DNA of 64,000 nt from Takakia lepidozioides (lineage: Eukaryota; Plantae; Bryophyta): assembly GCA_030704615.1 (NCBI GenBank), contig CM060732.1:68882001-68946000 (forward strand), written 5' to 3'. The position numbers and the translations under genes were made by a program. Below are positions 49,662 through 62,560 of the stretch, in pieces. Position 1 is the first letter of the stretch. Every line of letters starts with the position of its first letter. The notes under the pieces are model-generated. The model was not told the DNA's origin and ran no database searches. It saw only the letters and a program-made list of their open reading frames with translations.

Positions 49662-49905
49662 TTAGCAGTCCGTCCGTCCTGTCCTCATCTTCCGTCCGCA
49701 GGCCGTCCGTCCCAGTTTGACAGCCCGTCCGTCCCGTCCCCATTTAGCAGTCCGTCCGTCCTGTCCTCGTCTTCCGTCCGCAGGCTGTCCGTCCCAATTT
49801 GACAGTCCGTCCGGCCCGTCCACATTTAGCAGTCCGTCCGTCCTGTCCTCGTCTTCCGTCCACAGGCCGTCCGTCCCACTTTGACAGTCCGTCCGTCCCG
49901 TCCCC
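49662..49905. repeat. Minisatellite, 82-bp unit x3, built from (CGTC)n
   Basis: 'ttagcagtccgtccgtcctgtcctc' at 49662, 49744 and 49826. Confidence 0.9.
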
Positions 49906-51072
49906 AAGGTCACGGGTTTTGCAACCGGAGGGGGTTTACCGTTCGAGGGAGCGCGTGACGGCCTCCGTCGCAGCTCCCTCGGATTCACAGCCTTTGGAGC
50001 GTTCGCAGTGTAATATTCTCTCTCACTGTCTCTGTTTTTGCTATAAATGTTCTAAGTAGGCGCTGAAAGAAGGATCCAGGAGCAATAGATCAAGAGATTC
50101 TCCAGAGAAATTGAGACGGCAGAGAAAGAAGAAAGATAGGACGAGAGAGTAGAGAGCTGGACTGCATCAGAACCTCAGATTGTCAGTCGGATGAAGAGAA
50201 GGTTGACGGGTAGTTAGGAGCTTCTGGGTAGACCTGGAGGTAAGTTTGAATCGTGGGGGTATGAACGAATGGAGGAGCGTGTGGGACGCAGAGGCAAATA
50301 AATCATTTGTAGGTGAATCCTTGTAGGCACTGGACTGATGACATTCTACTCCTAGCACGACTCTTAGACACCCTGAGGACGGATTAGACAGCAAACTCCC
50401 TTCACTGGAAACCGACCTGGAAGGCAGGCAGACATCTGCGAATTTGTCCTCTGTTCACGCTTCTCGTGTAAACTGCTCCCCCTTCTGGTTTGGTCTCCTT
50501 TTTGTATTTGTTACATTCTCTGTGGTTTATCGGCATTATGTTTGGAGACATGATTTGGTGGGAGCATTTTTTTTCCCAGCTTGTAATACTCATGACAGGC
50601 TTTTTGACTCACGCCATAATGTAATTTTTTCAGTCGCTGCAGGGGTGCTCTTACTCCCGAAAAGGTGATGCTAGACATCATGGGCAAGTCGAAGGGGAAA
50701 AACTATTGAGGTCTGATTGCAATTCTTCTCATTTTGCGACTCTTTTTGTGTTGTAGAATCCTACTTATGGATATTGGGCTATTTTTGTGGGTTACATGCA
50801 GAGCAAGGGATGGGTGTTCCTTAGCTTTCCCTTGTTAAGGGGTTCTGAACTGTAGACTGTGGTTGTGGTACAAGCTCCTGCAAAGCCTGAAAAGACGTCA
50901 GGCGCTTTTCGGATCCAAGGACCCACTTGTGAAGCTTGTAATAATGAAGAATAGCTTGAAATTCCCCAACTCCAGAATGTATGCTGTCAATACTGCTTTG
51001 GCTCTCTTACGTCCGAGTTGGTGGTCTTTCCTAGTGACAGTTCCGCCTATAGAAGCAATCGTTGAGTTCCAA

Positions 51073-54000
51073 ATGGCTTGTGCGTTGTGCACTCGCATCT
51101 GCTATGACACTCATGGAGATCGTGACCAAGCTAAGGTCCAACAATTTCTAGGAGCTCCATCTTTCTTCAAGCTGGTTGCCGACAAAAAAATACACACCAA
51201 CGGCTTCTTTCTGGTAATACCTTGCCCCAGCCTCTACCAATCTTTGAATTGGCTGAGATTTTAACTTGTGACGATATACCATTCTTTGTTGGAGACAAAT
51301 CCTGAGAAAGAAGAGAGAAAGAAAAAAAGAAAGATCTTTATTATTTCCACAGAGCTTCATACCATTCAGAGAGCCCAGAGAAAATGGAAGATAGACGGGA
51401 ACTGAATGAGAAAGGAATAGAGAAAAACTTACCCAAGGCCCAACGGCCCATAGGACAAAATCAGAGAGGAAAGCTCAAAGAGCTTATGGGACAAAGGGAG
51501 AGCATAATACAGTGTCATACAACATTCTCTCAGGAAGTGTCAAATGATTCTTAACGGATATGGTCTTTCACAAGTAAACATTCTAGCAGGATTGCAAGGT
51601 GTAGAGACAATCATAGTCCCCCATTGACTATAGACTATGGGCTTGTTGGGGCTCTAACAGACCTGTAGCACACCGGAGGTCCTAAACATTTGTGTTTGAG
51701 TATGCTGTTAAGTATATCTTGTAAGTAGATTCTGGGTTTGTCACAGCGGATCCCTCCTAGGTTCATGGAGGCCTACGGCTACAGGATTAAAGATACAGTT
51801 TCCCTGAGAGGGCCAACTGGCTATGTTTGCGAGCTTCGTCTGGGATATGACAAAGGATTGGGCTTCAGGGCAGGTTTTGGGGAATTTTTGGCCTACCATA
51901 GCATCGAGACAGGAGATCACATTCTTTTCACACTCATTGCAAACTCACAGTTTGCTGTCAAAGTGTACGGCAAGTTTGGTTGTGAGAAAGTTATCCCTCC
52001 AGTGACTAATCCTAACAACCACAGGGGGAGGGTCTACATAGATTCTAAGCCTAGCATGGAGGCCGTCATACCTTCCCCACACAATGATCATGACGGCCTC
52101 CTTGCTAGGCCCAGCATCTACACACCGAGCAATGTTCTTCATACTAGCTCTCTGTTTCCCAGACCGCACACCAATCACCAGTCTGGGAAACAGAGTGTTA
52201 ATCTGAAGAACATTGCTTCATGCATGAAAGTCCTGAGGAAGAGAGGTCATGCTGCCAAGCTAGGGCAGAACCTCAAGCACAGGAGGGAAGAAGAGGGCGA
52301 CGAGCACCTGCTGAGACTGGAAGATGAGGGCATGATCAAAGCTGGACATGGAAACGTCTGGGTTGGGAGAAAGGGAGACGATAAAGGGAAAAGAGGCTTT
52401 TCAATGCTAGAACAATCCTCGTCGCCATTACCTATCTCAAAAATGGCAAGGAAGGGCGTGATCTCACAGCAAGCTGGAGAGCATGACAACCTGGAAATGC
52501 GAGAGGGAGGACTGAACTATGTATTCCCACAGGTGCAGCCAAAGAGGGCTGAAGCTGACCCAGAAGCTCTGGCTCGTCATACTGAGCAGGATTCACTGAC
52601 CCCACAGCGATTTGCAAACCCTGAAAGGTGTTTGAGTCCAGAATCCAAGAGACGAAGTGCTGAGATAGAGGACCTCATTGACATTGGAGCTGATTTTGGG
52701 AGTAGCAGAGGATTGAGGCAACCTGAGCACGATTCTGAGGTCAGCCTAGAAGTTGATGAAAATCAAACTGTCATTAATTCATTAATTCTGTCAAATCCAC
52801 CATTATCCTATGTGCTGCATGTTTCTTGGCAACCAAGTTAGCAGTGCTGCTGGAGGTGTTCTCCTTAAGCAGATTTTAAATATAGTGTACATAAGCAAAA
52901 CTTGCCAACAAAGGCTCTGATTACCAGTACCAAGACCCCGAGTGCCAGAATTCCAACTTTATTTACAATATTTGATTAGAGTGTAGATGTATTCAGTCAT
53001 CAAATAGTTCTCATAGACCATGGCTGGTGCTCTCAAACAGGTTCCTGGAGTTCTGCTGCCAGCATCAAGGACAGAAGTGTCTCCAAAGGTTCCAGCAGGT
53101 AACAGGGTGAAGGCTCTTGAGGCCGCACGTGCACATACGACCAGTAACCCAAGTGTTATTCTCATCATGACCAAGACTTACACCAGCGGCTTCCTGGTGA
53201 GTAAATAATCTTTTGTACAAGTAGAACAGGGAGCAGAGCAACTACACCTGAATTATGTACAACACAGGTCCCAGTGCTCAAGTGACCCTCATTAGTAACT
53301 GACAAAACACCTGGGCTGCATTTTGATATGGTCAGTGCATGAGACATGAATGTGGCAAGAACTGAGAGCCTTATACTGAATTGAGTGGGTGGGAGTTGCC
53401 AGCTGGACCATGCATAAGTATGCATGCCACAAATTCCCTGACCATTAGGCATTTGGTTCAGGCTTGACGAAATTCAAAAGTTTATCCTTGTTATCACATT
53501 ACAGTCCCATTTCACCACAACATGATGAATGGAAGTTGTGACTCAATCGTAATAGATGATGTAAAAGAAGTAACCCATGCTGATCCAAAATACTTTTCAA
53601 AATCTACTGCTAACTTGTGTGGCATGTTGGGCCTCTTGCTTTTTAGCACTTTCCAGCAGCTTTTGCGAAAAAATGGTTCCCCCAAGCAAACACAGAATTA
53701 CTGCTGGTGGACACTGCTGGCAAGCATTGGCCTGTGATTTGGTATCCAAATCATTCGCATACGCGTCTAAATGTTGGGTGGAGGCAGTTTTCTCAAGCAC
53801 AGAACCTCAAAGAAGGCGATGTTTGTGTTTTTGAGCTGAGAAATCCAATCAGGATCACATTTGTGGTTCACATCTTCAGAGTGGTTAATTCTGCCTGTAT
53901 TGGGAATGAAGGCCATAGCCATGAGCAGGCAGTTATTGGCAGGGTACGGCTTGAGGGATACTGCAGTGGGAACTGTGGAAATGGTATAGTGCAATCAACT

Positions 54001-56964
54001 AATATACTTGATGAGAAGGACTCTAGACTCTCAGGGAAGAGTTCGAATGTTGACAAGTGGACCAAGCCCAGTACCTCCAAGAAGGATGCCAGCATTTCTC
54101 CGGAGCATGCAGCAGGAGTGGCCAGCAAGAGTGGGAGGTCTTGCAACCCCGGAGAGGATGTGTGTAGATCGATAGCACCAAACTCTCCAATTAAGTCCAT
54201 AACGGCAGCCCAGTTCTATGCAGGCCAGAGAGGCATGGTGGTTAATGTTTTGGCAGCGGAAGAAAAGAGCCAAGAGGAAAGTAAAGGTGATAGCGCGGAA
54301 GGTATGGATCCATCATGGATTATCATGCTTGTCAATATAATTAGATTTTTGATTGGGAATGGACAAGTTTGAGTTCTCTCTCTTTCATGTGCAGAAAGAG
54401 GACCAGCTTTGGTGCAACAGCAAGGAACTGCAGCTAGTGAGAGGAAAAGGAGATTTCACAAGATTTCTCAAGGGCGTCAGTCCACAAATAGTATGAGGCA
54501 GAAAGCCCTGGATGCTGCAAATGCACTTCAGACAAGCAACCCACACATTGCACTTGTCATGAAACCCTCACATGTCGGCGCTGGGTTTTCTGTTGTAAGT
54601 GGAATACTCCTGGCGTTCTGCGGTGTTGTGAAGAGATACAATAGTGAAGAGATGGTGGGGAGAGGGTTGTAAATTATAGGTAAAGAGATGAGAAATTGGG
54701 GTGACTAGCATTTCTAATGATCCAAGTTAGTGGGATGTTTTGTATGAAACGTTGCTCTAGGAAGGGTCAATGTCCTTCGCTTCGACCCTCCAGAGAGCTG
54801 CCAGTGAAGGAACTGTGAACTATGTATTGCTAACAGGTTTCATGGTCACTGTGGGGCTATGAATTTGCAGCAACTAACCCTTGATGAGGCTCCTGAACCT
54901 ATTGACCTTCTCAGGAACTTCGTTGCCAGAGTAGTAACTAGTAACACTGAAGTTGGTGTGTTTTTGCAGTTTTTGCCAGGGACATTTATGACTCCAGACA
55001 AGAGCATGAATGTGACCCTGGTGGACTCTTCAGGCAAATCGTGGTCAGCCAGATGGGTAGTGACCGCAGTAGGGAAGCGTTTGAGTGCAGGGTGGAGGAG
55101 GTTTGCGAAGGACCATTTCCTTCAAGCAGGCGATGTTTGTGTTTTTGAGATGATTGATTTAAGAAACCTAATAATCTTCGTTCATGTTTTCCGGGTTTGG
55201 AAAGATGGAATTTGTGATGGCAACCAAACAGTGAGTGAATATGGCCGGGCAACCAAAAGAAGAGGGAAGCTTCCGCAGAGTCTGGCATTCAGGTCTCATA
55301 GAGGCCCTGTAACAGAGGCAGAAAGGATGAGCGCAGAGCAGGCTGCACGTGCACTCGAGATTCAGAATCCAAGTTTTAGAGTCACGTTGCGAAAGTCAGC
55401 TGTGGAGTGTCATTTTTTTGTTGTGAGTTGCTCTTACTCCTGAGTTCCTCTTTTTGACTTTGTTTCTTTACAAGGAATGCTTGATGCTATGTGGAAGCAC
55501 ACACATATACCCAGGACTGTTTCTTGTAAGCATACTGGCAAACAGAGAGGTATTGGCTGCCTGGCCCTAGGCCCATGGACAGCAAATGGGGCAGGGGCAG
55601 GGCATGGAGGGAGGGAGGGAGAGAATAGCATTCAGGCTATCACCATACAGAATTGGGACCCATCTTGTCCATTCATGTGATTCAGCTGTCCTTAAAGAAG
55701 CATTCGTTTGATCCAAAGTACCTAGATGTGTACCCAAGGCAGGTCAGAATTTTGGGCACTACTGGAGACATGGACAAGGAAAGGGAAAATGAGAGAAAAT
55801 TCCTGGAGAGAAATTGTGTACTTTGCATAACATGGAGTTTTCTGACTTCCATTGCAGTCAATACCGATGGTATTTGCAAATCAATGGCTACCCCGCAGGC
55901 GTGTGAGGGTCTCTCTCGCAGACTCTACTGGCCAGTCATGGACTGCCACCTGGGCTGGGCAATACAAGAGAGGACGTACCTTGAGAGGCGGCTGGAAGAA
56001 ATTTGCCTCCCATCACTGCCTGGAGGAGGGGGATGTCTGTGTGTTTGAGCTCATCAACCCTAAAAAGCTGGCCTTCTTGGTTCATATTTTCCCAGTTGAA
56101 AACCGGAATACTACGACGGAATCTCCCTTGCAGGGCATCGCTTCAGGGCAGCTGCTTTCCAGGATACAACTCAGGGACAGTGCCCAGGAAGGTCAAGAAC
56201 CGAAAGCCAAACCACATCCATGTGCCCCGCTTTCAAGGAAGAATCATGGAAGAGGGGACTCGCCTACACCAGCTATAGAAGGGAATAGAGGTGTACAAGA
56301 CATGACTATATCCAGGCCTGGAAGACACGCGAGAAAGATTTCCAGGAAAGCCATTTACTTGGCGATTCGGAAATCATTGGCCACCACTCACCGACAGAGC
56401 AAGACTGCACTAGTGCATACAACTGCCCCAGCAGTGGAAGCTAGGAACACTAACGCAAGATTCCCGGGCCAAGAAATGTCCTCTAAACTTTCATCCAAAA
56501 ATGACTCCTCTGTCTCTCACAGGGACAGTGCACAGATCGAGAAACATTCTCCACCTTCCTATGGGATAATCCTCACTGTGGATCCAGCCATGGAGTGCAC
56601 TGAGATGAATGCAGGATCCCCGCAACAAGAATTATTGGCTAAGCAGGAAGAAAGTGCATCATTGTCCAAAAGAGTTCAGAGAATTAAAACAGCAGTGGAG
56701 ACTAGTGAGGCTGATACGAGGACCCTGATGCCCTTTCACCACGGGCGAGTTTCCCCCAAACATCATCCAACCCCCTCTGAAAAGGACAGCGTAGAGATGG
56801 AGAAAGGTTTTTCACCTTCCTTAGTTCGGGTGCCTAAAATTGAGCCAGCCATGGAGTGTAATGAGAAACATGTGAGACCCCTGGGACCGGATTTATCCAC
56901 TCAAGTGGAAGTTGGCATGTCTGTCGGTTACATGCCCTCCGGCAGACAGATCCCTGGGTTCTGA
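51073..56964 (+). CDS. REM-family multi-B3 protein with four B3 domains; probable join(51073..51213,51747..52739,53017..53196,53647..54301,54395..54594,54970..55422,55858..56964)
   Basis: Four B3 units: 'PSFFKL|RIPPRF..GFGEF..IETGDHILFTL', 'GWRQFSQAQNLKEGDVCVFEL', 'GWRRFAKDHFLQAGDVCVFEM', 'GWKKFASHHCLEEGDVCVFEL'. GT-AG junctions are in frame; the 3' end is uncertain. Confidence 0.85.
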
Positions 56965-57884
56965 AATGTCCTCTCACCTCAAGCAATCTACGTTCTGCAC
57001 AAAGATCAAGAAGGAATCTACAGCTTCCCCTGTCATGTCCGAGAATGGAACAGCCATGGAGTCCAGTGAGATTAATCTCAGGCCCCTGGGGCGATAATCG
57101 ACCTCTCAGCTTGAACAATCTGCTTGTGGAAGAGTGCATAAAACCACAGGTATGCACTGGAACAGCAGAGGATAGCTGTGTGTATATAAGCAGGGCAGGA
57201 GAGACTTTGCAAGATCCATTGTGGGAGGCTCGTGTAAGGTCCTTCGTAAAAACCTGGCTGAAAATTCCTTGACTCCTTCCTGTCTGGAAAACCAATGTGG
57301 CAGATTGCATGTTTTTACCCCAGGAATATTATGTTCCAGTTTTTGCCCTGATCATTGGCATAATTGGCCTCATTCTGGCACTTCCTGCCCCCCTGTGATC
57401 CCAGCCTGGGGCCATGATTCTCAAATCTGAGAAAACACTTGTGCAGGAACTTTACCTCTTACAGATAATGAACAAAATCATGCAATGGTAGATCCATTCT
57501 TTTGTATCTAACTGGCTAACAGCACCTAAAAATACAATTCGCGAAACTGTTTTCCCAAAGAACTGCTTCACACAACTTCTCATACTTTTTGAAATGAATC
57601 TGTAGCTGCATTTGTTGGGCAGCTCCAAAGTACTTACTAAACAATAATAACAAATCTTCCCAACCCCCTCTTTCCTGGGTTTCACTATTAAAGGCCAAAG
57701 AATCCAAGTGGGTTGTAAGCTGTAGTGGGTAGCGTGATGGTAAAGTGATAGCATTGCAGGCGGTGGGGTTCTCGGTTTGATTCTTGATGGGAGGTTCTTG
57801 TAGTGTAACCCAGGTATCTCATGTAACTCTGGATATCCCATTTTATACTTAGCCAAACTTGGACTTAGTCAAATTTCGAGACCA

Positions 57885-58075
57885 AGTGTGAGTTACACTC
57901 CATTCAGGGTAATCCCGAGTGGAGTTACGCACCTCGTCGTGTAACCCAATGTAACCCCAATTGGAGTGTAACACTCCATTCAGTGTAACCCGGAGTGGAG
58001 TTATGCACCTCGTAGTGTAACCGAATGTAACCCCGAGTGGAGTTATGCACCTCGTCGCGTAACCCAATGTAACCA
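57885..58075. repeat. Short tandem/palindromic repeat array (GTAACCC / GGAGTTA motifs), likely TE-derived
   Basis: 'ccgagtggagtta.gcacctcgt.g.gtaaccc' occurs three times. Confidence 0.7.
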
Positions 58076-58179
58076 TGACTGCACTCCTTCAGATCCATGT
58101 CACTCTCAAGAGAGGGTGGGGAAGATTTGACATGCCCAAAACCAGTGTACCAGGTTGCACGTGTGCATTAAGTTCTTAC

Positions 58180-58362
58180 TTGGTAGGCCAGTGGTTGGGT
58201 GTTTGTGCCTTGCCTGTGCATAACCTAGGTGATCCTGGGTTCAATCCTTCCACATGTGCCTTCAGACCCTCCATTGGGCCCTAGATGGCCTGTGTGTTGA
58301 GCATTAGGCTTTGTAAATTCACTGGACGTTAAGAAAATTTATCTTTATCTTATCTTTATCTT
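58180..58362 (+). mobile_element. tRNA-derived SINE family B
   Basis: A-box 'TAGGCCAGTGG', B-box 'GGTTCAATCC', (TTTATC)n tail; second copy at 59690. Confidence 0.72.
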
Positions 58363-58447
58363 CCACCTGATAGAGGGTAATTTTTAGTTTTAACTGCATT
58401 TGAACTTAGGGCTCAAATCCTTTGAGCCCCAAATTTCGCACAGTTTG

Positions 58448-58614
58448 TGCTGCCACATGGAGCGTCTACAACCGTTGAAACGGGGACATTTGGACAGATC
58501 TGCAAGCTTTTCTCCAAGAGAAAGGGAGAAAGTGGGCCGTTGACCTATAACCAAGCCTTGCAGACTGTCCAAATGTCCCCGTTTCAACGGCTGTAGACGC
58601 TCCATGTGGCAGCA
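58448..58614. repeat. Near-perfect inverted repeat (~58-bp arms, ~50-nt spacer)
   Basis: 'tgctgccacatggagcgtctacaaccgttgaaacggggacatttggacag' pairs with 'ctgtccaaatgtccccgtttcaacggctgtagacgctccatgtggcagca'. Confidence 0.9.
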
Positions 58615-59689
58615 AAGAAACCCAGCCTCCTCTCCCATCCCTCCACGTTACCCTTTCACATGCAACATACCATCCAATCAGCTGTGTGTTAAGTGCTCTC
58701 ACACGTGTGGGAAGATCCAACGTGCTAAAATCCCTTTTATGTACTTCCTAATTATTGACAAATCTCACGGCCCATTTGCCAGGCCTGCAGGGATTAAATG
58801 AGCCAGTACCCCAAATTTAACAAGGGAGGGTACCATTATTTAATACGTGCACTCTCTCATTGGCCTATTGTTTTTGGCTCCTGGCTGGCCTATCAGGAAG
58901 ATCAATTGGTGACTTTGTGCCATGTGATCTCGAACCGGTGGCTAACTTGTCAAGAATGTTTGATGAGTTTTATGCGAACTCAACTCATGTAGTGTTCTGT
59001 TTGTGGGAGCGACAAGGGAGGTAATTTTTTCTAAGTAACAACGACACTGCGTATTGCAAAGCCTAGCACAACTGTGTCACATGGATACAATCCATCGACA
59101 AATATGTCTAATCTTGTCCAAGATCAGCAACTCTCCTCAAAGCCTCATGTGCCGGTGCAAGTCTGCTTAAATCAAGTCTGCGTAAATGGAGGTGCATGCC
59201 ACGGATACTAGGCGGGTCTGCGAAACCTAAATGAGAGTTCCCTCCTTGCGCTAGTAGGGGGGTAGGGTTTCTAGAAATCGATACGCAAGATCATCTGGAT
59301 CTAACGAACCCAAATGGCATGTGGACCTTTTCCTGTGCGACAGTTGTACAGGCGACGTCCTCATTGCAGCGACATGATGGCATTAGGGAGGGCAGTAATG
59401 CGAAACAGAGCCATATTTTAACCCATAATTCCTTTGTAAATTTCGTGAGGCCAATTTCTGGATTGAAAAGTGGCGAAATTTCGCGCGCATAAAAAAAACG
59501 CTGCTCATGAGTCAAGCAAAATTTGGACCCAATATTTAATCCAATGTCGCGTGTGAGAGAGTACTAACCAACAATGAAACCATAGCACAAAGGGCAAGGC
59601 GGCAGGATTTTGAGCCCCACACCACGGGGTGACACAGTGTGCACAGTCTTGTTTTTGTTGCCTTCCTGGGTTCAAACCTCACTACAAAT

Positions 59690-59845
59690 AGGTAGCCCGG
59701 TGGTTGGGTATTTGTCCCTTGCCTGTGCATAACCTGGGTGATCCTATGTTCAATCCTTCAACATGTGCCTTCAACCGTCCATCGGCACCTTCATGGGCTG
59801 TGTGTTGAGCAGTAGGCTTGGTAAACTCCTTGGACGTTGAACAAA
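59690..59845 (+). mobile_element. tRNA-derived SINE family B, second copy
   Basis: 'gtagcccggtggttggg...cttgcctgtgcataacct.ggtgatcct..gttcaatcc...ggacgtt'. Confidence 0.7.
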
Positions 59846-60549
59846 AGTAACCTGCCAAGGAAGTATAAGTATAAATTGTTGGGTGTGGTTATAATCTTCT
59901 CCCCCTTCCCATGAGCGGTGTCCCATGAGCCTTGTGCTCACCGCCTCGTGGCAAAGCTTACTTTGAAAGAGCTTATTTTCGCCTCACGATAATTAAGAGG
60001 CCTGATTTGCGAGCGGCGGGGTGTTTCCCTTTTTTTGTTGGCTCTCTCTTGTATAGAGAGACTTTGCAGTTACATGTTGAAGTCAATGGAGAAAATGTGG
60101 TGAAAGGACCTTACACCGTGTCAAGGCGCTCATTGGTGTGTTGTGCTGAGTCATGCTCCCTAGTCTTACCTTCCTCTTATGTTGTGCCAAAGCAAAGCAA
60201 GAGAGGCCGTTTGAGGCTTGTTTTAAGAACATGGAGATGTATGAAAGAGCTGAACCATGGTTGTGTGTAAGTAACTGTGGCTAACAGGTAGCTAACTGGG
60301 GGCAGACTATAAACCCAAATTATAAATGAGGTCACTCTCATCACAGGAAAAAGCTGGCTGGAGGAGAGAGACAGAAAGAGTATAATACACTAAAATACAA
60401 ACATGGTTAATTGAATATTGTACCGCTCTGCCGCCACCTCCGTTTCATCCATCGTCGGGGGCTGCTCAACGGAGGTATATGTCTCTCGAACTACTCTGGT
60501 CTGCCTCGTCTTCCTCCCACTGCGCTCTCTCTCGACTTGTGGCTCCCGT

Positions 60550-60800
60550 TTCTCTCTCAGGTGTGCATGCAAACCTTGTCTTTTGATTTTGGTCCCTGAT
60601 GCTGTTGATGTAGAGGAATTGCAGGTCCTTGTGTGTCGTATGTTTAGTTTTGGAAATGTGCTTTTCAAATAGCTCTGTTTCTACAGATTTCTCTCTCAGG
60701 TGTGCATGCAAACCTTGTCTTTTGATTCTGGTCCCTGACCCTGTTGATGTAGAGGAATTGCAGGTCCTTGTGTGTCTTACTGATTTAGTTTTGGGAATGT
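60550..60800. repeat. Tandem duplication, ~139-bp unit x2
   Basis: 'tctctctcaggtgtgcatgcaaaccttgtcttttgatt' at ~60551 and ~60690. Confidence 0.85.
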
Positions 60801-60927
60801 GCATTTCACACAGCTCTCATTCTACATTAAACCCAAGAATCTGTAGAAGTTGGAAGTGCAGTTTTCTGTTTGAGATGGCTGCTTTGAAAAATGTTGTGTA
60901 AACTGTAACAATGGCAGTGATCTGGAA

Positions 60928-61933
60928 ATGGACTTACCTCAGCCACCCCCTACTTTTCTGAAATCAATGATCAAGAGCAATCTACCTGCTATGGCCAGCT
61001 GCTGGATGGTATGGTGTCTAAACCCCCCGTACTTATTTGAACTTTATTTGAACTTTCTTTCCGTTCTTTTGGTTTGCTGTAGTTCTTCTGCATCCCATGG
61101 CCTCAGAGCTGCTTGTTGCAGATATCCTGCAGCATTAATCAAAGGTGATGGCTGAGAGCTCCTTGTTGCAGGTTATCCCTGCAGCATTTGTGCAGGCTTT
61201 TGGCAATGAGATTGGTCTCACTGCCACACTGCACGGGCATAGCGGCCAGATCTGGGAAGTAGGAATTGGCCGCCCCAACTGTGTAGCCTTTAGAGGTGGT
61301 TGGCGAGGATTTGCTGCTGATAACGACCTCGAGATGGGAGACACACTCATGTTCACCCTTGTTGGAAAGTCCGAGTTCTCTGTTCAGGTTTTTGACATCA
61401 AAACTGGAGTACAGAAAGTCAGCGCCCTCACAGCAGTAAACACCGGAGTCTATGGTCTTCAAGCCTCCTCAATGCTGCAAGGGGAGACGCTGAGGGAGAG
61501 AGACACTGAAGACACTCCACCTCTCCATTCAGGCCTCAAATGGGTCCGCACTCGACACAACATCCCTCTTTCTGATTGTGACCAGTATGTTCGGGAGACT
61601 TCTCCCATCCAAAAACAAAATTCAAATGCGGAAAGTTCTTCAAAGGAGAAAACCCACACAGACCCTTCCACAGCCACGTTGACACCTCCAATGGTTGAAG
61701 ACATTGTGGAGGAGGAGGAGGAGGAGGAAGAGGACAATGAGGGGATATACTACAGAGTCGTTTCTATTGAGGAGAAACGGGTGAAGAATGAGGAGAAACA
61801 GTTCCTAACAAAACTCGAGCCGCCAGTCTTACACAGGCATTTGGAGGGACGCCTAACACAGCAGGGGATGCTTTGGTGGGTACCTAAGAGTGCCTTCACT
61901 CCAACTTACTCATGTTGTTATCTCAATGAGTGA
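60928..61933 (+). CDS. REM-type single-B3 protein with acidic tract and chromodomain-like C-terminus; join(60928..61008,61172..61933), ~280 aa
   Basis: 'PPTFLKSM|VIPAAFV...GQIWEV...FRGGWRGFAADNDLEMGDTLMFTLVGKSEFSVQVFD', then poly-E and 'YYRVVSIEEKRV..KQFLTK...WWVP'. Confidence 0.8.
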
Positions 61934-61979
61934 CCACCTTCAAACCCCTGCGGAGTGGAAGGAGTAAAGCAAGCACACT

Positions 61980-62560
61980 TTCACGGAAATGTGTCAGGGT
62001 CAGGCTCTCTGGATCTTAGGCAGGAAGAACTGACCTTCATGACCTTCATAGACAAAGCTGACTTGGAGGCTGAAGTGTCTATGGCCATGTCAGAAGTACG
62101 AAGCTCCTTCCTTGAACTTGTTTCCAGTTTGTGACATTGGTGAGGACATTAAGGATGATCTGAAGGGCCTACCCATCCTCGTCACTAGACTGAAATTTTA
62201 AGTCGGGGCAGGGACTCTTCCTTTGAACAAAAAACAGATGCAGAAATGAGTCAATGCCTGCTGTGCTGGCGGCTTGAAGACAATATCCATTTTCTGATAC
62301 ACTGTCGGGGTAATCTCATAGAGAGTGACCCTCTTCATGACCATCAAGAACATAGTCACTGCACCTCTGTTCACCAACTTCCAAAATCTCCAGGCTGAGC
62401 CTAAAGCCCTGCCCTTGTTGGGGTGAAACTGCTGGGCAGCTCACACACAGCAGATTGATGCTTATGTGACGGGCTTTCTAGAGGAAATCTGGGAAGCCCA
62501 AACTGATTGTTTATGTCAAGGTATGTCCCACTACTCGACGGGGCCCCTCAGAAATAGTGT
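61980..62560 (+). mobile_element. LINE 3' fragment, same family as 42500-42900
   Basis: 'gatgatctgaagggcctacccatcctcgtcactagactgaaatt' matches 'gatgacctcaagggtccacccactcttggcactagactgaaatt'; both also share 'cattttctgatacactgtc'. Confidence 0.8.

Noticed and set aside
56964-61172. One long B3 gene spliced across to the 61172 exon
   Set aside because: The second locus has its own first exon (60928-61008) that supplies the first half of its B3 domain, so two genes is more parsimonious.
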